This document shows positions 36,143-47,627 of a DNA stretch of 64,000 nt, piece after piece (positions within the stretch are counted from its first letter, which is position 1; each line of letters begins with the position of its first letter). The notes under the pieces were generated by a model, which saw only the letters and a list, made by a program, of their open reading frames with translations, did not search any database and was not told where the DNA came from. The stretch comes from Thermoanaerobaculia bacterium. GTDB lineage: Bacteria > Acidobacteriota > Thermoanaerobaculia > Multivoradales > UBA5704. Made by a program: the position numbers and the translations under genes. Location of the stretch: the NCBI GenBank assembly GCA_036275055.1, contig DASUEN010000170.1, positions 8,118-72,117 of the forward strand, in the 5' to 3' direction.

Positions 36143-38569
36143 TCAGTCCCGCGCCAGGATCTCGCCGTAGGCGTTGAGCAGGACCTTTTTGGGGGCCTTC
36201 GGGAGCTTGAGCTTCACGTCGATCGGTACGGTGGCCTCTCCCCTCATCGGTATCGTCCCGATGCGGGCCAATTCGTTCTTGTCGAATTCGACCTCGAGCG
36301 GGACGAGGGTGCGGAAATCCTTTCCGACGCCCTGCTGGGAGACCTGGCCATGGAGCCGGTACTCGCCACCGTCCGCCTTCTCGATTTTCAGGTCGGAGAC
36401 GAAGCGGGGCACCTCGGTGCCGTAGACCCATTGGCTGAAAAACCAATCCATCCTGCCGTCGCCCGTGAGGTTCAGGGCCGGCACCATGTGCCGCTCCACC
36501 ACGCGCTGGAAATCGGCGGTGGTGGCCGATTTGCCGCCATAGGTGGAGGTGAAGTCCTTCATCATGGCGATGAAGTTGGCGTCCGGCGTCTTCGATTTCT
36601 GGTCCCACATCTGGGTGCGCAGCATGTGCAGGACGTAACCCCCCTTGGAATAGATCATGGCTTGTGGCGCCGAGCGGCTGTGTGGCGTGCCGAGCCGCCA
36701 GCCCTGGCTGATGGGGCCCGCCTGGTCATGGGGGACCGCATTGCCCGGGTACTTCCCGAAGATGAACTTGCGGGCGTTGCGCCAGAAGCCGTTGTAGCCG
36801 TCCCAGCCTTGAGTGTGCTGCACGGCCAGGGCTGACGAGAACTCGGCAAAGCCCTCTTCCAGCCACTCGTCGCGGTAGGTGGCGGCGCCCACGAGATGAC
36901 CCCACCACTGGTGGGCGAACTCATGAAAACCCACCTGATTGATGAAATCGGTCGCCGAGGTCAGGCTCAGGGCAGCCCGCTGGGTACTGGTCAGGAAGGC
37001 CATGTAAGGCAGGAAGATCAGCGACGGCCAGGACTGGCCGAAGGACCACTGCGCCTGCTGGGTGATGGCGACATGGGTCTGCGGCAACGGGCCGAAGTAC
37101 GTGGTGAAGATCCGCGCCGAGTTGAGCCCGTCCACGGCGGCGCTGTCGGCCAGCCGGGAGGCGGATACCAACCCCACCTCGGGTCCCAGGTCGGGGTGGT
37201 CGTCCCCGGTGAAGACTTCGACCTGGATGCCGCTGACGTCGTCTTTCCGTTCGAGCCGGTTGAACTTGCCATAGTTGAAGCCGGCGACCTGGACCGGAGT
37301 TTCGGTCCGCCACTCCGAGACCCGCTGTTTCCCTTCGGCGTGCTCCTCTACCTTGCTCCCCACGGAGACGATGTCGAACCCGGCAGGAATCCGGTAGACG
37401 AGATCGAATTTCGCCGGGTCGGAGAAAATGTTGAGGTTGGGGTACCAGCTTTCGCGAGCGGCGACCACGAAGGTTTTGCCCTCGACGTTTTGCAGCACGT
37501 CGCCACCCTGGTACGCGAGACGGAGCTTCACGGTCGCCCCTTTGGCCAGAGGCTCGGGGAAGACGACCGCGGCATCGGCGTCCTTCTTTTCGTCCTCCTG
37601 AACCCAGGCGAGCGGCTTCCAAGCGGGCTCGGTCCCCGCCACCTCGACGGCATAGGAAGCGTCGCCGATCCGGAGCTTCGACATCAGGTTCACCGGCAGG
37701 ACGCGCAGACCCTCCACCAGGGTCTGGAAGCGGACGGTGGCCTTCCCCGCGATGTCGGCGTCGCGTTTGACCTCGGTTTCGATCCGGTAGTCGAGGGCGT
37801 CGGCGAGCCGTTTTTCCGGCGAGGCCTGCCGCCGCGCCACTTCCTCTTTGCGATCACAGAGATACCAGATCCCTCCCTTGTACGTATCGGCGACGTAGAA
37901 AACGGTATCCTCTCCGCCCAGACGCGGGGAGATGTGCAGCGCCTCGGCGCCGTCGGGGTCCACGGCCGCGAGCGCAGGGGGATTCTTTCGGCCGTCGATC
38001 AGGGCCAGGAAGACGCCGTCGGTCCGCCCCGGAGTGTTCAACAGGTCCTCGAGAATCCGCAGATGGAAGTTGGTCCGGAAGTCCTTCTGCTGCCGCTTGA
38101 GCCATCGCTCGTAGGCATCGACGGCGTGGGGGTCGGGAGCGCCGGTCTGAATGGCGGCATGGTGCTCCAGCTCGGCCAGAGTGCCATCGGTAAAAAGAAG
38201 GAACAGGTTCTCGAACGTATCGGTCAGCGCCTCGAAGCCCTTGTCGGCCGCGGAGGAAAGGGCGAGCTGCCGCGACTCGTAGGGCGTGGCGGGGCTCAGC
38301 CGGTAGCTCCCCTTGCCCACGAAGACCGCGCCGATCGTGCGCCCTTCGACCGGAGCGAGCAGGTAGAGGGCTCCGGAGTCGAGCTGGAAACGGAACGCGT
38401 CGCGCTCCAGGACCAGGTTCTGGACGGGGATCTTCCGTCCATCCGGCTTCGCGCCGCGGAGCGCGGCATACGTCGGATCGGTGGCCGCCTGGAGAGGGGC
38501 GGCCAGCGCGGCAACCAAGAAGGAGATGGCGAGGACGCCGCTCAGGCGGAGACGCGAGGGAAGGGACAT
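36143..38569 (-). CDS. M1-family zinc aminopeptidase-like, secreted
   Basis: Start MSLPSRLRLSGVLAISFLVAALAAPLQA. GFHEFAHQWWGH..(18 aa)..WLEEGFAEF. Confidence 0.8.
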   Translation of the reverse strand: MSLPSRLRLSGVLAISFLVAALAAPLQAATDPTYAALRGAKPDGRKIPVQNLVLERDAFRFQLDSGALYLLAPVEGRTIGAVFVGKGSYRLSPATPYESRQLALSSAADKGFEALTDTFENLFLLFTDGTLAELEHHAAIQTGAPDPHAVDAYERWLKRQQKDFRTNFHLRILEDLLNTPGRTDGVFLALIDGRKNPPALAAVDPDGAEALHISPRLGGEDTVFYVADTYKGGIWYLCDRKEEVARRQASPEKRLADALDYRIETEVKRDADIAGKATVRFQTLVEGLRVLPVNLMSKLRIGDASYAVEVAGTEPAWKPLAWVQEDEKKDADAAVVFPEPLAKGATVKLRLAYQGGDVLQNVEGKTFVVAARESWYPNLNIFSDPAKFDLVYRIPAGFDIVSVGSKVEEHAEGKQRVSEWRTETPVQVAGFNYGKFNRLERKDDVSGIQVEVFTGDDHPDLGPEVGLVSASRLADSAAVDGLNSARIFTTYFGPLPQTHVAITQQAQWSFGQSWPSLIFLPYMAFLTSTQRAALSLTSATDFINQVGFHEFAHQWWGHLVGAATYRDEWLEEGFAEFSSALAVQHTQGWDGYNGFWRNARKFIFGKYPGNAVPHDQAGPISQGWRLGTPHSRSAPQAMIYSKGGYVLHMLRTQMWDQKSKTPDANFIAMMKDFTSTYGGKSATTADFQRVVERHMVPALNLTGDGRMDWFFSQWVYGTEVPRFVSDLKIEKADGGEYRLHGQVSQQGVGKDFRTLVPLEVEFDKNELARIGTIPMRGEATVPIDVKLKLPKAPKKVLLNAYGEILARD

Positions 38570-38704
38570 CGGGAGCACCTCCTGGGAAACCGGAAATCCG
38601 CTTGACAGGAAGTGCTTCCAGAGTCCAATCCATTTCGCGAAGGTCCCTCGGCCGCCCCCAATCGCGGTATCCTCGGAGAAATCTCTCTTCCGGGGAGGAA
38701 GCCG

Positions 38705-39160
38705 ATGAGCCCGAACAAGCTCGCAGCCTGGTATGACAGAGTCCTGGTCTTGCTGGAGAGGACGAATTGGGTGCCTATCCTCCTGGCTCGGCTCACCCTG
38801 GGGATCGTCTTTGCCGAGTCGGGCTGGGGAAAGCTCCACAACCTGCCCAAAGTGGTGGCGTTCTTCACCGAGCTCGGCATCCCCGCTCCCGGCATTCAAG
38901 CTCCCTTCGTGGCCGGCGTGGAATTCGTCGGCGGGCTGCTGCTTCTCGCGGGCCTGCTGACGCGGCTCGCGGCCATCCCACTCTCGATCACCATGCTGGT
39001 GGCCATCGCGACGGCCAAGATGAGCGACGTCCACAGCCTCGGCGACTTCGCCGGCCTCACCGAATTCGCCTACTTCGTCCTCCTGCTCTGGATCGCCTGG
39101 TCAGGCGGCGGCAAGGTCTCCCTGGATCATCTCCTCTGGGGACGCCGCAGGAAGGTCTGA
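38705..39160 (+). CDS. DoxX-family membrane protein
   Basis: GGGGAGGAAG RBS. ..LARLTLGIVFAESGWGKL..FVGGLLLLAGLLTRLAA.. Confidence 0.8.
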   Translation: MSPNKLAAWYDRVLVLLERTNWVPILLARLTLGIVFAESGWGKLHNLPKVVAFFTELGIPAPGIQAPFVAGVEFVGGLLLLAGLLTRLAAIPLSITMLVAIATAKMSDVHSLGDFAGLTEFAYFVLLLWIAWSGGGKVSLDHLLWGRRRKV

Positions 39161-39191
39161 GATGGGGGCGCCGACGGCGGCATGGAGCGAT

Positions 39192-39270
39192 CGACGCCGG
39201 CTTGGAGCTACAGACATCGGCTTGGCGCCGCAGACACCGGCTTGGATCCAAAGACGCCGGCTCCGGGGGT
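39192..39270. repeat. 4 x 20-bp degenerate tandem repeat between convergent genes
   Basis: cgacgccggcttggagcta / cagacatcggcttggcgccg / cagacaccggcttggatcca / aagacgccggctccgggggt. Confidence 0.75.
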
Positions 39271-39276
39271 GCCGCT

Positions 39277-39558
39277 CTACTTCTCCGTCGGGTGACCGAG
39301 GACCGCTGCCGCCGCTTCCGAGGAGGTGATCACTGGAATCACCTCGAAGTCGACCAAGTCCGCCCAGTTGGCCATCCATTCCTCCAGGAGCGCCCGATCT
39401 TCGCACTCCATCACCTGGAAGCACTGGTGAAGGTCCGCCGTCACCCAGATTCCCACGTACCGGAGCCCCTCCGGCGCCAGCCGGCCCTGCTCGCGGAAGC
39501 GCTGATATACCGGCCGCGCATCGCCGCCGCGAAAGCGCTCGACGATCATGTACAGCAT
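39277..39558 (-). CDS. DUF3303-like small protein
   Basis: MLYMIVERFRGGDARPVYQRFREQGRLAPEGLRYVGIWV..CFQVMECED.. Confidence 0.7.
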   Translation of the reverse strand: MLYMIVERFRGGDARPVYQRFREQGRLAPEGLRYVGIWVTADLHQCFQVMECEDRALLEEWMANWADLVDFEVIPVITSSEAAAAVLGHPTEK

Positions 39559-39591
39559 GATGCCCATCGCGGCGCAGGAACGGCGCCACAC

Positions 39592-40566
39592 TTACCACCC
39601 TGTTTGTTGATAGGTTTCACCGCGAGTCGCCCTTTTGTTGTAGAAAAAAGATAGAGCAAAGTTGGCGCAAGGCACCACACAAAGGAGAAAGAAGGTAAGA
39701 ATTGTCAGTTCGTTCGAAGCGGCAGCAGATCCGGTCACTGCACCAACGTGCACCAGTCCAGACAACAGTAGGCTTCGTGAAGTGCCGCGAAAGCTGAGCA
39801 CAGTCAGCCCCAAAGCAACAAGCGTGAGAAAAAAGCCCAGGACCGGGAGCACGAGAAGAAATCCTGGAGGATTTTCCACTTCGACCATGAGGGGAAATAC
39901 CTGGAGAAAGCCGGATACAGCGATCAGCCATAGTAGGGCTAACACGCGCCGGCCGGGTCGAACGAGTGACAGCCAGTTTCCCAGTCGATAGGCGAAGGAG
40001 TTGGGATTTGAGGCGGTCGTACTTGGTACGTCTGCTCCGACCTCCGATACGTTAGGCTTCGGCGTCGCAGATGGCTCCGGTGAGCCTTTGGGTACAATCC
40101 GCTTGAGCTCTTCGAATAAAAGATGCATGTCGGATTTGAGCCGGTCAGAGCGAATCTCGACTGCGTTCAGGCGTACGAATCGAGACAAGTCAGCCGGCAA
40201 TTCCTCGGACCGGGGCATCGCCGTGCCCTCGAGCAGGATCGGAATAATTCGGGATCCGCGCTCCAAGGCCGCCATCAACTCGAGACGGACGAAGTCGCCG
40301 GGATCGTGAAGGCCCCCCGGTTCCCAGTTCCACCCGATCAGTACCAAGACGACGACCGATTCGGCGATGGCTTTGGTAATAGCTTCGACGAAGTCAATTC
40401 CCGCGCCGATGGAGTCAACGTCAATGAAAACACTATCGGTACCGAACTCCTGCTCCAATCGATTGTGGAGAAGGTGGGCAAAAAAAGTGGAGTCAGCACG
40501 ACGATAGCTGATGAAAATTTTGTTGGTCACGGCATGCACCGAATGGCGTGCCTTCCGGAATGTCAT
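39592..40566 (-). CDS. TIR-domain protein with C-terminal 4-TM membrane anchor
   Basis: KIFISYRRADSTFFAHLLHNRLEQEFG..VFIDVDSI..VVVLVLIG..DFVRLELMAALERGSRIIPILLEG. C-terminal helices LALLWLIAVSGFLQVFPLMV, FLLVLPVLGFFLTLVALGLTVL, LLLSGLVHVGAVTG, ILTFFLLCVVPCANFALSFF. Confidence 0.8.
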   Translation of the reverse strand: MTFRKARHSVHAVTNKIFISYRRADSTFFAHLLHNRLEQEFGTDSVFIDVDSIGAGIDFVEAITKAIAESVVVLVLIGWNWEPGGLHDPGDFVRLELMAALERGSRIIPILLEGTAMPRSEELPADLSRFVRLNAVEIRSDRLKSDMHLLFEELKRIVPKGSPEPSATPKPNVSEVGADVPSTTASNPNSFAYRLGNWLSLVRPGRRVLALLWLIAVSGFLQVFPLMVEVENPPGFLLVLPVLGFFLTLVALGLTVLSFRGTSRSLLLSGLVHVGAVTGSAAASNELTILTFFLLCVVPCANFALSFFYNKRATRGETYQQTGW

Positions 40567-40877
40567 CGAACATCGAGCGCCACCTTGATGGCCTGATTCA
40601 GTTCTTTCACTTTCGGGGTGTCACAGGCGCCCATCAGCCGCTTGAGATGATTGCGCGGAACCGTGAGGATGTTGTCGAGATTCGCAACGCATCGGATGGG
40701 TAACCCCTGCTGACGGCCGAGCTCCACTTCACTCGGGAGCTCACGGATGGTTCGAGTCACAAGGGTCACTACGATGGAGCCGATCGAGTGGAGGACGGCA
40801 TCACGGGTCAGAATCACTACTGGCCGGTCGCCGACCGGTGGGGGCAGCTCAGCCCACCAGACCTCTGCACGTCTCAC
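40563..40877 (-). CDS. mazF: MazF/PemK-family toxin (endoribonuclease)
   Basis: MRRAEVWWAELPPPVGDRPVVILTRD..VVTLVTRT... 4-nt overlaps with both neighbouring genes. Confidence 0.8.
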   Translation of the reverse strand: MRRAEVWWAELPPPVGDRPVVILTRDAVLHSIGSIVVTLVTRTIRELPSEVELGRQQGLPIRCVANLDNILTVPRNHLKRLMGACDTPKVKELNQAIKVALDVR

Positions 40878-41095
40878 TCACGGCCGTCCTTCCACGGTGC
40901 GATTCCGCGAAGCTCACTAGCCAGTGCAAGCTGAGTCTCGGCAACCTGTGCGGCGTCCAGGTCGGTAATGGCCTCGGCTTCGAGATATTGGCGGACTGCC
41001 TCTTCCACGAGGGCTCCAACATCCCGGTTTTGCCTTTCGGCGAGACTTCGCAGGGGCTTTTCCACGTTGCCCGGAAGCTCGATAGTCATGTACAT
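40874..41095 (-). CDS. ribbon-helix-helix-type antitoxin (MazF partner)
   Basis: MYMTIELPGNVEKPLRSLAERQNRDVGALVEEAVRQYLEAE.. Confidence 0.65.
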   Translation of the reverse strand: MYMTIELPGNVEKPLRSLAERQNRDVGALVEEAVRQYLEAEAITDLDAAQVAETQLALASELRGIAPWKDGRE

Positions 41096-41142
41096 AGATT
41101 ACAAGAACTTCGGGCTGGCTGCAAGGTAGTTGGTGAGGCCTC

Positions 41143-42594
41143 CTACGGCAACGGCAGCACGCTGTGCTTGGCGAGCTCGATGAAGGGCCCGGGGAAGATT
41201 CCGAGGGCCAGGGTCGCCAGGGCGCAGAAAGCGATGGTGCCGACCAGGGCCGGGGCTTGGAGGGGGACCGGGGTGGTCTGGTCCGAGTCCTTCAGGTACA
41301 TGTAGAGGACGATGCGGAAATAGTAGTAGAGGGAGATGGCGCTGGTGAGGACGCCGATCACCGCCACCCAGCCCCAGCCCCCCTGCACGGCCGCGGCGAA
41401 GAGGTAGAACTTGCCCACGAAGCCGCCGGTGGGGGGAATGCCGGTGAGCGCCACCATGAAGAGGAGCATCATCGCCGCCAGGAACGGTGAGCGGCGCGCG
41501 AGGCCGGCGTAGTCGGCGCACGTCTCGCCCGCGTACTCCCGCCGCTCCAGCAGGACCACCGTGCCGAAGACGCCGAGGGTGATGAACGTGTAGGCCAGGA
41601 GGTAGAAGAGCACGGACCACAGCCCCACCTCGGACACCGTCAACACACCGATCAGGATGTAGCCGGCGTGGGCGATCGAGCTGTAGGCGAGCATCCGCTT
41701 GACGTTCTCCTGGGTCAGCGCGGCCACGTTTCCCCACACCATGGTGATCACGGAGACGATGGCCACGATCATCTGCCAATCGGCCCGCACGCTCCACAGA
41801 CCCTCATAGAAGATGCGCAGCAGGATGGCGAACGAGGCCGCCTTGGAGGCCACCGCCAGCCAGGCCGTCACCGGCGTGGGCGCGCCCACGTAGACGTCCG
41901 GCGTCCAGACGTGGAACGGCACCGCCGCCACTTTGAAGAACAGCCCCGCCGCCAGCAGCAGCCAGCCGAGCGGCACCAGGGTATTTCCCTGCGCGGTGTG
42001 CAGCCCCTCGGAGAGCTCGCTGAGCTGCACCGTGCCGGCCGCACCGTAGAGCAGCGAGATGCCGTAGAGCAGGATGCCGGACGACAGGGCGCCGAGGATG
42101 AAATATTTGAGCGCCGCCTCGTTGCTCCGCCGCTCACGCTTGAAGTAGCCGGCCAGCACGTAGCTCGCGAGCGCCATGGTCTCGAGCGAAATCCAGATGG
42201 TTAGCAGCGTATAGCCGCTCGCCATGAACATCATCCCCGAGGCCGCGAGCAGGAGCAGGGCAAAGTACTCGGAGGCGCGGTACTGGGCCTCTTCGAGGAA
42301 ACGGACGGAGAGGAGCACCGTCAGCGCCGTGGCACCCAGCACCAGCAGCTTCATGTAGAAAGAGAAGCCGTCCAGCACGAAGGTGCCACCCAGGATCAGC
42401 AGCCGCGGAGTGCTCAGCACCGAGTGGACGCGCCACAACACGCCGCCCGTCAGCGCGAGGCTCACGACGGTCACCAGCGCCGAATCCCGGGTTCCCATGC
42501 CGCGGCCGATGGCGCCCGCGAGCAGCATCAGCAAGCCCGCCGCGGCGAGCAGGATCTCCGGAGAGAGCAGCAGGTACTCTTGCGCGTTCGGCAC
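41143..42594 (-). CDS. nuoN: NADH-quinone oxidoreductase subunit N
   Basis: 483-aa polytopic antiporter-like subunit, last gene of the nuo operon. Confidence 0.9.
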   Translation of the reverse strand: MPNAQEYLLLSPEILLAAAGLLMLLAGAIGRGMGTRDSALVTVVSLALTGGVLWRVHSVLSTPRLLILGGTFVLDGFSFYMKLLVLGATALTVLLSVRFLEEAQYRASEYFALLLLAASGMMFMASGYTLLTIWISLETMALASYVLAGYFKRERRSNEAALKYFILGALSSGILLYGISLLYGAAGTVQLSELSEGLHTAQGNTLVPLGWLLLAAGLFFKVAAVPFHVWTPDVYVGAPTPVTAWLAVASKAASFAILLRIFYEGLWSVRADWQMIVAIVSVITMVWGNVAALTQENVKRMLAYSSIAHAGYILIGVLTVSEVGLWSVLFYLLAYTFITLGVFGTVVLLERREYAGETCADYAGLARRSPFLAAMMLLFMVALTGIPPTGGFVGKFYLFAAAVQGGWGWVAVIGVLTSAISLYYYFRIVLYMYLKDSDQTTPVPLQAPALVGTIAFCALATLALGIFPGPFIELAKHSVLPLP

Positions 42595-42597
42595 GGG

Positions 42598-44178
42598 CTA
42601 TTCCCCCGCCGCCGCGACGGGAGCCGGCACAGAGGCCGGTGAAGCGGCCACCGCCGTGGCGTAGTGCGGATCGACTTTCGCCACCACGTAGTTGACCGGC
42701 TTCTCCAGCACCTCCAGGAAGGGCTTCGGGTAGAGACCGATCCAGAAGCAGAGGATGATCAGCGGCGCCAGGTACAGGACCTCCCGCTTGTTGAGGTCCT
42801 GCAGCCCCTTGTTTTCCGGGTTGGTCAGCGGCCCGAAGAAGACCCTCTGATACATCCACAGCATGTAGGCCGCCCCGAGCACGATCCCCAGCGCCGCCAC
42901 CAGACCCCACCACCAGACGCGGTTGAAGGCGCCCACCAGGATGGTGAACTCGCCCACGAAACCATTGAGCGTCGGCAGACCGATGGACGACATGGTGATG
43001 ATCAGGAACACGATGGCGAAAACCGGCATCACCTGCGAAAGGCCGCCGTACTCGGCGATCAATCGCGTATGCCGCCGCTCGTAGATGACGCCCACCAGGA
43101 GGAACAGGGCGCCGGTCGAAAGACCATGATTGATCATCTGCAACACGCTGCCGTTCAAGCCCGGGCCGTTCAGGGCTAACATCCCCAGCATGACGAACCC
43201 CAAGTGGGAGACGGACGAATAGGCCACCAGCTTCTTCATGTCCTTCTGCGCCATGGCCACCAGCGCGCCGTAGATGATGCCGATGAGCGAAAGCCCGGCC
43301 ATCCACGGCAGCAGCTTCATCGTGGCGGCAGGAAGGATAGGGAGCGAGAAGCGGACGAAGCCGTACGTGCCCATCTTCAGCAGGACGCCCGCCAGGATCA
43401 CCGAGCCCGCCGTGGGTGCTTCGACGTGCGCGTCGGGCAGCCAGGTATGGAACGGGAACATCGGCACCTTGATGGCGAAGCCCACGAAGAAGGCGAGGAA
43501 GATCCAGAACTGCAGGTCGGGCGGAATCGAGGCGCCGATCTTGTGGAACTGCTCGATCGAGAACGACGGCGCATTGCCCAGCCCCTTCCAGCCGAGCAGG
43601 CCGGTCGAGTTGTAGAAGTAGAGCGCCAGGATACCCAGGAGCATCAGCACGGAGCCCACCAGGGTATAGAGGAAGAACTTGATCGCCGCGTAGAGCCGGC
43701 GTCCGCCGCCCCAGATGCCGATCAGGAAGTACATTGGCACCAGCATGACTTCCCAGAAGACGTAGAACAGGAAGAAGTCCATGGCCATGAAGACGCCGAG
43801 CATGCCCGTCTGCAGCAGGAGGAGGAAGATGTAATATTCCTTCTCGCGCTCGTGAATGGCGCTCCAGGAGGAGAGGAAGGCCAGCACGCCCAAGAGCGTC
43901 GTCAGCAGCACCAGCAGCAGGGCGATGCCATCGATCCCGAACTCGTAGCGCACGCCGATGGAATCGATCCACGGCACGCTCTCGCGGAACTGGAACAGCT
44001 CGCCTTTGCGCTCGAAGAGGAACCAGAGCGGAATCGACAACAGGAAGTCGACGAACACGAAGCCCGTCGCCACTTTCCGGATCAACGCCGCCTGGCTGCC
44101 CTTCATCCCGAAGGCGATGAGCAGCGCTCCCGCGAGGGGCAGGTAGCAAATGATCGAGAGGATCGGAACGTTGTGCAT
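42598..44178 (-). CDS. nuoM: NADH-quinone oxidoreductase subunit M
   Basis: 526-aa antiporter-like subunit. ..FHTWLPDAHVEAPTAGSVILAGVLLKMG.. Confidence 0.9.
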   Translation of the reverse strand: MHNVPILSIICYLPLAGALLIAFGMKGSQAALIRKVATGFVFVDFLLSIPLWFLFERKGELFQFRESVPWIDSIGVRYEFGIDGIALLLVLLTTLLGVLAFLSSWSAIHEREKEYYIFLLLLQTGMLGVFMAMDFFLFYVFWEVMLVPMYFLIGIWGGGRRLYAAIKFFLYTLVGSVLMLLGILALYFYNSTGLLGWKGLGNAPSFSIEQFHKIGASIPPDLQFWIFLAFFVGFAIKVPMFPFHTWLPDAHVEAPTAGSVILAGVLLKMGTYGFVRFSLPILPAATMKLLPWMAGLSLIGIIYGALVAMAQKDMKKLVAYSSVSHLGFVMLGMLALNGPGLNGSVLQMINHGLSTGALFLLVGVIYERRHTRLIAEYGGLSQVMPVFAIVFLIITMSSIGLPTLNGFVGEFTILVGAFNRVWWWGLVAALGIVLGAAYMLWMYQRVFFGPLTNPENKGLQDLNKREVLYLAPLIILCFWIGLYPKPFLEVLEKPVNYVVAKVDPHYATAVAASPASVPAPVAAAGE

Positions 44179-44207
44179 GGCTCCCCCTAATACAAACTCT
44201 CGAGTGC

Positions 44208-46289
<2,082 letters not shown>

Positions 46290-46290
46290 G

Positions 46291-46599
46291 CTATCCCTTG
46301 AGCTCCGAGGCCCGGTCGAGCGCCGTGGTCTCGCGCAGGCGGAAGTAGGCGATCAGGATGCCGAGCCCCACCGCGGCCTCGCCGGCGGCGACGGTGATGG
46401 TGAAGATGGAGAAGATCTGCCCCGTCAAATCCGAGTGCTGGTAGGAGAAGGCGATCAGGTTCAGGTTCACCGAGTTGAGCACCAGCTCGATCGACATCAG
46501 CACGGTGATCATGTTCTTGCGGGAGGCGATCCCGAAGATGCCGATGGCGAAGAGCAGGAAGCTCACCACCAGGTAGTGCGTCGTCGTCACCGCGAACAT
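46291..46599 (-). CDS. nuoK: NADH-quinone oxidoreductase subunit K
   Basis: 102 aa, 3 TM helices. ..MSIELVLNSVNLNLIAF..AAGEAAVGLGIL.. Confidence 0.9.
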   Translation of the reverse strand: MFAVTTTHYLVVSFLLFAIGIFGIASRKNMITVLMSIELVLNSVNLNLIAFSYQHSDLTGQIFSIFTITVAAGEAAVGLGILIAYFRLRETTALDRASELKG

Positions 46600-46609
46600 G
46601 GAAGCCCTC

Positions 46610-47143
46610 CTATTGCCGCCGTCCCAGCACCACCGCTCCGATCATCGCCACCAGCAGGAAGATGGAGGCGATCTCGAAGGGGAGGAGGGCCTGGGTGAAG
46701 AGACCGAAGGCCACGGCCTGGGAGTTCCCCTTGGCCACGCCCTCGACGTTCTGGAACGTCTCCGGCCGGGCGAAAGCGGGGCCGAAGGCGACGTGCACGA
46801 AGAAGTAGCCGAACAGGGCCAGCAAGGCCACGGAGAGCGCCAGCACGAACGGCGACTGGCCGTGGAACAGCCGCAGATCCGGCAGCTTGTGCAGGTTCAC
46901 CAGCATGATGACGAAGAGGAACAGCACCATGATGCCGCCGCCGTAGACGAAGATCTGCACGATCCCCACGAACTCGGCGCTGCGCAAGAGGAACAGCACC
47001 GCCACCGAAAGGAACGTCACCAACAGCGAAAGCGCGCCATACATGGGGTTTCGCAGCGTCACCACGCCGAGAGCTCCGCCCACCGCCAGGAGAGCGAAAA
47101 CGTAGAACACCAGGTCCGCGCCATGCGCCGTCACGAATTCCAT
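46610..47143 (-). CDS. nuoJ: NADH-quinone oxidoreductase subunit J
   Basis: MEFVTAHGADLVFYVFALLAVGGALGVV..; internal ATG preferred over the track start at 47164. Confidence 0.85.
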   Translation of the reverse strand: MEFVTAHGADLVFYVFALLAVGGALGVVTLRNPMYGALSLLVTFLSVAVLFLLRSAEFVGIVQIFVYGGGIMVLFLFVIMLVNLHKLPDLRLFHGQSPFVLALSVALLALFGYFFVHVAFGPAFARPETFQNVEGVAKGNSQAVAFGLFTQALLPFEIASIFLLVAMIGAVVLGRRQ

Positions 47144-47147
47144 GGTT

Positions 47148-47627
47148 TTACGCGATCTCCTCATCCGTGTAGGCGGGCCGCGTCTTCCACTCCTGCAGCT
47201 CGTCCATGTCCACGTACAGGTTGTTCCAGCGGTCGTAGGAGGCGAGCTCGTAGGTCTTGGTGGTGAGCCAAATTGATTTGGGCTCCGTCGGGCACCCCTC
47301 CTCGCACAGGCCGCAGAACATGCAGCGCTGCACGTCGATGTCGAAGCGGTCCAGGAGCTTCTCTTTCTTGTTCGTCTCCGGGTTCACTTCCTGGTGCCAG
47401 TCGATGTAAATGATGTCGATCGGGCAGTCGCGGGCGCAGATGGTGCACTTGATGCACCGGTCCTCGTCCAGCCGGAACATGCCGCGGAAGCGGTGCGCGG
47501 GCTCCCAGCGCTCTTCTGGATATTGCACCGTGGCCTTCTTTTTGAACATGTGCTTGAAGGTAATCCCGAGCCCCGCGAAGAGGTCCAGGAGCATGATCTT
47601 GTCGGCGAACCGTTTCAGCGCGCTCAA
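47148..47627 (-). CDS. nuoI: NADH-quinone oxidoreductase subunit I (2x[4Fe-4S])
   Basis: CIKCTICARDCP and CMFCGLCEEGCP. TTG at 47627 follows GGGAGG; an ATG alternative lies at 47594. The track ORF extension is rejected. Confidence 0.85.
   Translation of the reverse strand: MSALKRFADKIMLLDLFAGLGITFKHMFKKKATVQYPEERWEPAHRFRGMFRLDEDRCIKCTICARDCPIDIIYIDWHQEVNPETNKKEKLLDRFDIDVQRCMFCGLCEEGCPTEPKSIWLTTKTYELASYDRWNNLYVDMDELQEWKTRPAYTDEEIA

Noticed and set aside
36143-39034. A 963-aa version of the M1 peptidase.
   Set aside because: The extra 155 N-terminal codons are Arg/Gly/Asp-rich and overlap the DoxX gene on the other strand. The signal-peptide start at 38569 is preferred.
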